Of a stretch of 64,000 nt of DNA, positions 58,762 through 64,000 are shown piece by piece. Within the stretch, counting starts at the first letter, position 1. Each line of letters opens with the position of its first letter. Position numbers and translations under genes: made by a program. The notes under the pieces were generated by a model. That model was given only the letters and a program-made list of their open reading frames with translations. It did not search any database and was not told where the DNA came from. Source of the DNA: Candidatus Kapaibacterium sp. Lineage in GTDB: Bacteria; Bacteroidota; Ignavibacteria; Kapaibacteriales; UBA2268. The stretch covers positions 256,001-320,000 of the forward strand of contig OY761611.1 of NCBI GenBank assembly GCA_963664875.1, read 5' to 3'.

Positions 58762-60698
58762 TTACTTACTGAGGCTTGCATTTCAAATATCATTTCATTG
58801 CTAAGAAAGTAAAGCGAATGGAGTTTATGCCTCAAATCTTTTACAATATGGGTAGAATCTTTAGAATAATCGTAAGTTGGAGTTTTGGACTTATACTTGT
58901 AAAGAGATGGATTACTGCCTAAGCGGTCGATAATATACCAGTTGTTGTAAATCAACCCAATTTTCATTCCTTCCTGCACCAACGCAAAACCATTTTCGCT
59001 TTCCGGAAGTGACAGTATGTTCCTACTAAACGAAGATGTCTTGTGTGGTAGCTCTATAATTCCAAGTACTGTTTCAGTCAAATCTATGTGAGACATAATG
59101 TTGTTTCTTTGTGAGCTTGCAATGTGCTTAGGAGAATAAAAGATCATTGGAACATGTGTTGCACTCAGGTCAAAATCGTAAATAGCATCTTCAGGTATTC
59201 CATGGTCAGCTGTAATGACAAAAATTGTGTTATCGAAGTATTCTTCTTTAGATGCCAAATAAAAAAAATGTTCTAAAGCCCAATCTGTGTATAAGAATGT
59301 ATTATCAAAACTTTTACCTTTTACTTCAGGAATAATCCAAGGACCGTGATTGTTGGAAGACAATATAGTTGCAAAAAATGGAGTATTTGAAGATCGGAAA
59401 GTATTATTCATTTCTTCAAAAAGCCTATGATCCGGTACACCTAAACTGCTGAGCACTTCGGATTTGTCGAAATCATTTTCAGAGATTATCTTATCAGTAC
59501 CGTTCATCGACATAAAACCGCCCATATTGTCGAAATTAGGTACATGGGAGACAGCAAAATAGGTCTTGTAACCGTTTGATTTCAAAATATTAGGTAATGA
59601 GGAGAATCTCTGCCTTCCTTCTGTTCTTTTCATAACATTATCAGCATGAATGTTGGGCATACCTGACATAGTCGAGAAAAGCCCCATATATGTATGAAAT
59701 CCGTTGCTGTAGCAGTTGTTAAAGCTTAGAGACTTTTTTGCTAATTCGTTTATAAATAGATTGTACCCTTTTTCTGTATGCTTATTGATTTTTGTCTGAG
59801 AGAAAGATTCCAATAAAAACACAACTACATTATACTTCCTTTTGTTATTTCCATTTTGATAATTGTACTCTCTAAGAGGAAAATTTAATACAGAGGAAGC
59901 ACTATCAATGATTAGATTTTGGGCATTCTGCTTAGCTTCTTCAAGTTTATTTATAGTAAGATATTTTTTGTAGCTTGATTTATCTGATTTGTGGGAAACA
60001 TCATCTACAAAGGTAAACACATAGTTTAGAGCTAACTGATTTGCTTTAGTATATTCTGAGAAGAAGGCGTGTCCCCACCTCAAAGGTGTTTTAATCTCAA
60101 AGGTACCTCTAAGTCCAATTATGCTCAGTAAGATTATGCTGACAAATGCTAATATTTTGTGACTTATTTTTGTGGAAGAATAATTTTGCAAGTACATTTC
60201 AGACAGTTTTCCAAAAAGTCTATACAAAAGATACATAATTAAAAAGGAAAAAAGTAAAAGCGGAACAATTGGGTAAGATTCCCACAACATTTGAAAAACA
60301 AAAGCAGGGTTCTCAAAGGTATTCAATGTATAAGAGTTAAGCCTAATATGAAAGTAGTCAAAGAAATATAATTCTATGATTCCAAGAAGAATAAAAATAT
60401 AAGCACAGAGGCTTAAATAAATTTTTGCAAAAATTCGGCCGGCTTTTTCTAAGTTGAATAAGTAAAAAATATTAGCTACCAGAAAATAAAAAGAAAGAAG
60501 ATAAAGTGAAGATCTTAAATCAAATCTGAGAGCTACAAAAAATGACTGAATCAGTGTGAGCACAGGTGTGTCACTAAAATAGTCAAGATTCAGAAACAAT
60601 AAAGCAAACCTTTGCACTGAAAACAAAGCAACAAAGATGAGTAATATTATTAGCGAATGTAAAGAAAAGGTATTCAACACCTTTGCAAAAATCTTCAT
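58755..60698 (-). CDS. LTA-synthase-like membrane transferase (alkaline phosphatase/sulfatase superfamily)
   Basis: About five N-terminal TMs, RFDL, FLLES, NGFHT (Thr nucleophile position), NNHGPW, YTD, ADHG; ATG 60698 preferred. Confidence 0.85.
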   Translation of the reverse strand: MKIFAKVLNTFSLHSLIILLIFVALFSVQRFALLFLNLDYFSDTPVLTLIQSFFVALRFDLRSSLYLLSFYFLVANIFYLFNLEKAGRIFAKIYLSLCAYIFILLGIIELYFFDYFHIRLNSYTLNTFENPAFVFQMLWESYPIVPLLLFSFLIMYLLYRLFGKLSEMYLQNYSSTKISHKILAFVSIILLSIIGLRGTFEIKTPLRWGHAFFSEYTKANQLALNYVFTFVDDVSHKSDKSSYKKYLTINKLEEAKQNAQNLIIDSASSVLNFPLREYNYQNGNNKRKYNVVVFLLESFSQTKINKHTEKGYNLFINELAKKSLSFNNCYSNGFHTYMGLFSTMSGMPNIHADNVMKRTEGRQRFSSLPNILKSNGYKTYFAVSHVPNFDNMGGFMSMNGTDKIISENDFDKSEVLSSLGVPDHRLFEEMNNTFRSSNTPFFATILSSNNHGPWIIPEVKGKSFDNTFLYTDWALEHFFYLASKEEYFDNTIFVITADHGIPEDAIYDFDLSATHVPMIFYSPKHIASSQRNNIMSHIDLTETVLGIIELPHKTSSFSRNILSLPESENGFALVQEGMKIGLIYNNWYIIDRLGSNPSLYKYKSKTPTYDYSKDSTHIVKDLRHKLHSLYFLSNEMIFEMQASVSNY

Positions 60699-60712
60699 TA
60701 TCCAATTCCAAG

Positions 60713-62182
60713 CTATTTTACTTTTTCCATTGCCCATTTGAAGACTTTTAGATATTCTAAAGCAGACATACCTGACGAAAAATTTGTCTCCATTGCGTTT
60801 TTTCTAATCACATCCCAATGGTTTTTATTAGAATAAATCGAAAGAGCTCTTCTTATAGCAAAACTCAAATCTTCAGCATTATATTGCCAAAAAAGGAATC
60901 CCGTGCCTTCACTTGAATCATAATTATACTCTTTAACGGTATCTGCTAAGCCACCTGTCATTCTGACAATAGGAATAGTACCGTATTTCATTGCATACAT
61001 CTGTGTAAGCCCGCAAGGTTCAAATCGAGATGGCATAATTAAAAAGTCGCTGGCAGCCATAAGCTTATGCGATTGCTCATCGTTATAGCCGATATAAATC
61101 AAAGCATCTTTAGGGTAATGCCAACTTAGATACTTAAAGTAGTGCTCGTAATTGTCGTCGCCGGAACCAACTAATAAAAATCTAAAATTACCTGATTGGA
61201 GATAGGACTCTAATTTGTGCATCAGTAAATCAATACCTTTCTGCTCTGCTAAACGTGAAACCATTCCGATTGTAGGTTTGTCGAGATTGTCTTCATCACT
61301 AAGACCAAAACTTTTAAGATATTCAATTTTGTTAGTCCGTTTTGCATCAAGATTTTCAGAAGTGTATTTCTCTGTTAAATACCCGTCGGATTCAGGATTC
61401 CATTCGTCGTAGTAAACTCCGTTTAGAACACCAATCAAATCAGCACCTCGAATATTTAAAAATTCTTGCAAACCTTCGCTGTAGTAAGGCCACCTTATTT
61501 CTTTGGCGTATGTGGGACTTACAGTAGTTATTTTATCGGCAAACATAATTCCTGTTTTCATTGCATTTACTGAACCCTGATGTTCAAACCAAGAGCCGGG
61601 ATACATTTCTTTCATTCCAAATCCTGAATACTCGAGAGACGTTTCCGGATTGAACCATCCTTGATAAGCAAGATTATGGATTGTATAGACACCGGCAGTT
61701 TTGTTAAAACGGAAATCATTGTTGTAATGAGATTTAAGGAATGCAAGAGCAAATGCAGTATGAAAATCATGTGCGTGTATAATATCAGGAGTAAAATTAA
61801 GAGCTCGAGCTGCTTCAAATATTGCCCTGCTAAAGAAGATAAATCTACGGTCGTTATCCTGAAATTCTGCAGGATCTCCATAAATACCTTTTCTATCGAA
61901 ATAATCATTATGTTCAATCAGATAAACAGGTACAGATGAATTAGGCAAGACACCTTGCCATAACCTTGCATATTCAGTCCAATAGCCCATAGGAACAATA
62001 AGAGTCAAATCTGTAGGATAAAAGCCCCAGCGATTTACATCGATAAATCCGTATTTTGGCATAATAACGATAGGATTCTGACCAAACTTTTGCCATTCGC
62101 GTGGAAGGGCAGAGGCTACGTCGGCAAGTCCTCCTGATTTTGCAAAAGGATTTACTTCTGCTGAAGCTAATAATATATTCAT
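60713..62182 (-). CDS. glgA: Glycogen synthase
   Basis: PFAKSGGLADV, HAHDFH, TIHNLAYQG, TVSPTYA, SRLAEQKG, PSRFEPCGLTQ, TGGLADTV. Confidence 0.96.
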   Translation of the reverse strand: MNILLASAEVNPFAKSGGLADVASALPREWQKFGQNPIVIMPKYGFIDVNRWGFYPTDLTLIVPMGYWTEYARLWQGVLPNSSVPVYLIEHNDYFDRKGIYGDPAEFQDNDRRFIFFSRAIFEAARALNFTPDIIHAHDFHTAFALAFLKSHYNNDFRFNKTAGVYTIHNLAYQGWFNPETSLEYSGFGMKEMYPGSWFEHQGSVNAMKTGIMFADKITTVSPTYAKEIRWPYYSEGLQEFLNIRGADLIGVLNGVYYDEWNPESDGYLTEKYTSENLDAKRTNKIEYLKSFGLSDEDNLDKPTIGMVSRLAEQKGIDLLMHKLESYLQSGNFRFLLVGSGDDNYEHYFKYLSWHYPKDALIYIGYNDEQSHKLMAASDFLIMPSRFEPCGLTQMYAMKYGTIPIVRMTGGLADTVKEYNYDSSEGTGFLFWQYNAEDLSFAIRRALSIYSNKNHWDVIRKNAMETNFSSGMSALEYLKVFKWAMEKVK

Positions 62183-62211
62183 AGCACCTTATAATTTATC
62201 TGTTATGTATT

Positions 62212-63051
62212 TTAGTCGGCTAAAGAAACTGCAGTATAGTACTCTTTGAACTTGTTTTTAGCTGACTCTAACAAGCTAATATCAGAAAACATGCCAAAAA
62301 CAGTCGAACCACTGCCCGACATAAGAGCAAAAATTGCTCCGCTATCATATAGAGTGTTTTTAATTTCATTTATTTTAGGGAAAGTTTTAAACACATATTC
62401 TTCAAAGTCATTTTTAAAATATTGCAACAAATCAGGGTTTAAAGTCTTTTGTCCATTCACTAAATCCGACAATCTTGTACCTTCAACTATTTCGTCCCCT
62501 TTCCCAAGAGATTTGTAGGCTAAAGGTGTAGAAACATGGATACCGGGATTTACTAGAAGAATATGATAAGGATTTCTTATCTCTATCTCTTCAAGTAATT
62601 CGCCCCGACCTCTCGCAATACAGGCATTACCGCGAAGGAAAAAAGGAACATCTGAGCCCAAATCTATAGCAATTTTGTGTAAATCTGTTAACGACATATT
62701 TAAATCGAAAAAATCGTTGAGAGCTAATAATGTGGCAGCGGCATTACTGCTTCCACCGCCGAGTCCTCCGCCGGTAGGAATTTGTTTTTCTACATAAACA
62801 TTTACCGATAAATCTTTTTCAACAAATCGTTGAAGCGACATCGCAGCTTTATATATTAAATTGTCTTCTAAAGGAATATCTATCGGTTTATCAAATGATA
62901 TTTTATATTTTGCACTCTTTGATAAATGCAAAGTGTCATGTATCTTTGTTTTGTAAAATATCGTATTAATTTCGTGAAATTTATCTTCTCGCTTATATAG
63001 CACTTCGAGAGTAATATTGATTTTTGCACAAGATTTAATTATGTAGGACAT
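62212..63051 (-). CDS. ispE: 4-diphosphocytidyl-2-C-methyl-D-erythritol kinase
   Basis: AKINITL, KQIPTGGGLGGGSSNAA, LGSDVPFF, GRGE, NDFE, MSGSGSTVF. Confidence 0.96.
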   Translation of the reverse strand: MSYIIKSCAKINITLEVLYKREDKFHEINTIFYKTKIHDTLHLSKSAKYKISFDKPIDIPLEDNLIYKAAMSLQRFVEKDLSVNVYVEKQIPTGGGLGGGSSNAAATLLALNDFFDLNMSLTDLHKIAIDLGSDVPFFLRGNACIARGRGELLEEIEIRNPYHILLVNPGIHVSTPLAYKSLGKGDEIVEGTRLSDLVNGQKTLNPDLLQYFKNDFEEYVFKTFPKINEIKNTLYDSGAIFALMSGSGSTVFGMFSDISLLESAKNKFKEYYTAVSLAD

Positions 63052-63066
63052 AGATAGTTACCGATT

Positions 63067-63813
63067 ATGGATGAACTTAATTCAAAATTTGAAGAAAAAA
63101 ACGATTACTCTACAGATACAAAAAATCAGAAACGTAAAGGTAAAAAGAAGAAAAAGAAAAAACAACCTATATCTTACAATCAAGAGATTTTAAGAAAGTT
63201 GATACATCTTTTTTCTCTTTCTATACCAATTGTCTATTATCATATAGACAAAGTTACAGCTCTTTCTATATTGTTCCCGCTCGCATTGCTTGCAGTTTCC
63301 TTGGATTTTTTATCAAAAGGAGAAAACAAATTTGCAGAGTTTATTCAGCATTGGCTTGGGAAAATGATGCGGGCTCATGAGAAAAAGAAAGATAAGATTG
63401 TGCTAAATGGTGCATCATGGGTTCTGATTTCTGCATACTTAACTGTACTAATCTTCCCTAAGATTATAGCTGTTACAGGGTTTGCAATTTTGATAATTTC
63501 TGATCTAACGGCTGCATTGATAGGGAGAAAATTTGGGAAGCACTCACTTTTTAATAAATCTTGGGAAGGAACACTTTCTTTCATGGTATCTGCCATAATG
63601 GTTGTCATATTTGTCGGCACTATGACTAATGCTCCTTGGGTGTTTTATATTGCCGGAGCTGTCGGAGCTATTGTTGCAGGATTTGTCGAGGCTGCTGCAA
63701 AAATACTAAAAGCAGATGATAATCTCACAATTCCTCTGTCATTTGGAGTAGTTGTTCTTTCGCTTGCGGAAGTTGCAAATCAGTTTGGTGTTTCTATTTT
63801 AAATATTTTATAG
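63067..63813 (+). CDS. CTP-dependent polyprenol/phytol/dolichol kinase-like membrane protein
   Basis: EILRKLIH, SDLTAALIGRKFGK, KSWEGT, DDNLTIP motifs; multiple TMs; Lys-rich N-terminal extension. Confidence 0.85.
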   Translation: MDELNSKFEEKNDYSTDTKNQKRKGKKKKKKKQPISYNQEILRKLIHLFSLSIPIVYYHIDKVTALSILFPLALLAVSLDFLSKGENKFAEFIQHWLGKMMRAHEKKKDKIVLNGASWVLISAYLTVLIFPKIIAVTGFAILIISDLTAALIGRKFGKHSLFNKSWEGTLSFMVSAIMVVIFVGTMTNAPWVFYIAGAVGAIVAGFVEAAAKILKADDNLTIPLSFGVVVLSLAEVANQFGVSILNIL

Positions 63814-63820
63814 TTGCAGT

Positions 63821-64000
63821 ATGCTAAAAAAGGAAAAATATATTATCTCGACAATTGCTTTTGTAGCTATAGCTGCATTTTTCTTTATTTTTACTCAAGA
63901 CAGGAATTACTATTCTGTAGAAAATATCATCGCTGATAGCTCAGATCAAGGAAAAGCTGTTTTTTACTTTATAAAGGTCAAAGATCTGGATAAAGATTTT
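63821..64000 (+). CDS. Partial CDS (runs off window end): hypothetical protein with N-terminal TM/signal
   Basis: ATG 7 nt after upstream stop, open for 60 codons: MLKKEKYIISTIAFVAIAAFFFIFTQDRNYY... Confidence 0.65.
   Translation, partial: MLKKEKYIISTIAFVAIAAFFFIFTQDRNYYSVENIIADSSDQGKAVFYFIKVKDLDKDF

Overview
AT-rich chromosomal window from a Gram-negative bacterium, most likely FCB group (Ignavibacteria/Kapabacteria-like). This is inferred from protein styles, split secD/secF, a T9SS-like C-terminal tail and clear Shine-Dalgarno use. It holds about 50 densely packed CDSs. Housekeeping: rpsA, tsaD, cinA, secDF, purA, proS, ispE, lnt, lplA, glgA, dacB. Envelope glycosylation: five orphan glycosyltransferases, a nucleotidyltransferase-mutase fusion and an LtaS-like transferase. 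Metabolism: a B12/acyl-CoA block (acyl-CoA dehydrogenase, icmF, carboxyltransferase, biotin carrier). Transport: a MacAB-TolC-type exporter lacking its ATPase. Signalling genes are unusually numerous. I recognised no rRNA, tRNA, CRISPR array, transposase or phage gene. Most notable observations: (1) a CheB-type receiver fused to an intact CheD deamidase instead of a methylesterase, outside any che operon; (2) an ErcA/ErcS-like Fe-alcohol-dehydrogenase plus PAS kinase pair upstream of the acyl-CoA dehydrogenase-icmF genes; (3) a hybrid kinase with a destroyed ATP-lid/G2 box coupled to a sigma-54 activator; (4) a repeat linker in SecD rich in D-(S/T)-X O-glycosylation-like sequons; (5) a near-perfect 31-bp palindrome upstream of purA. 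All calls are by motif recognition only; no database searches were run.
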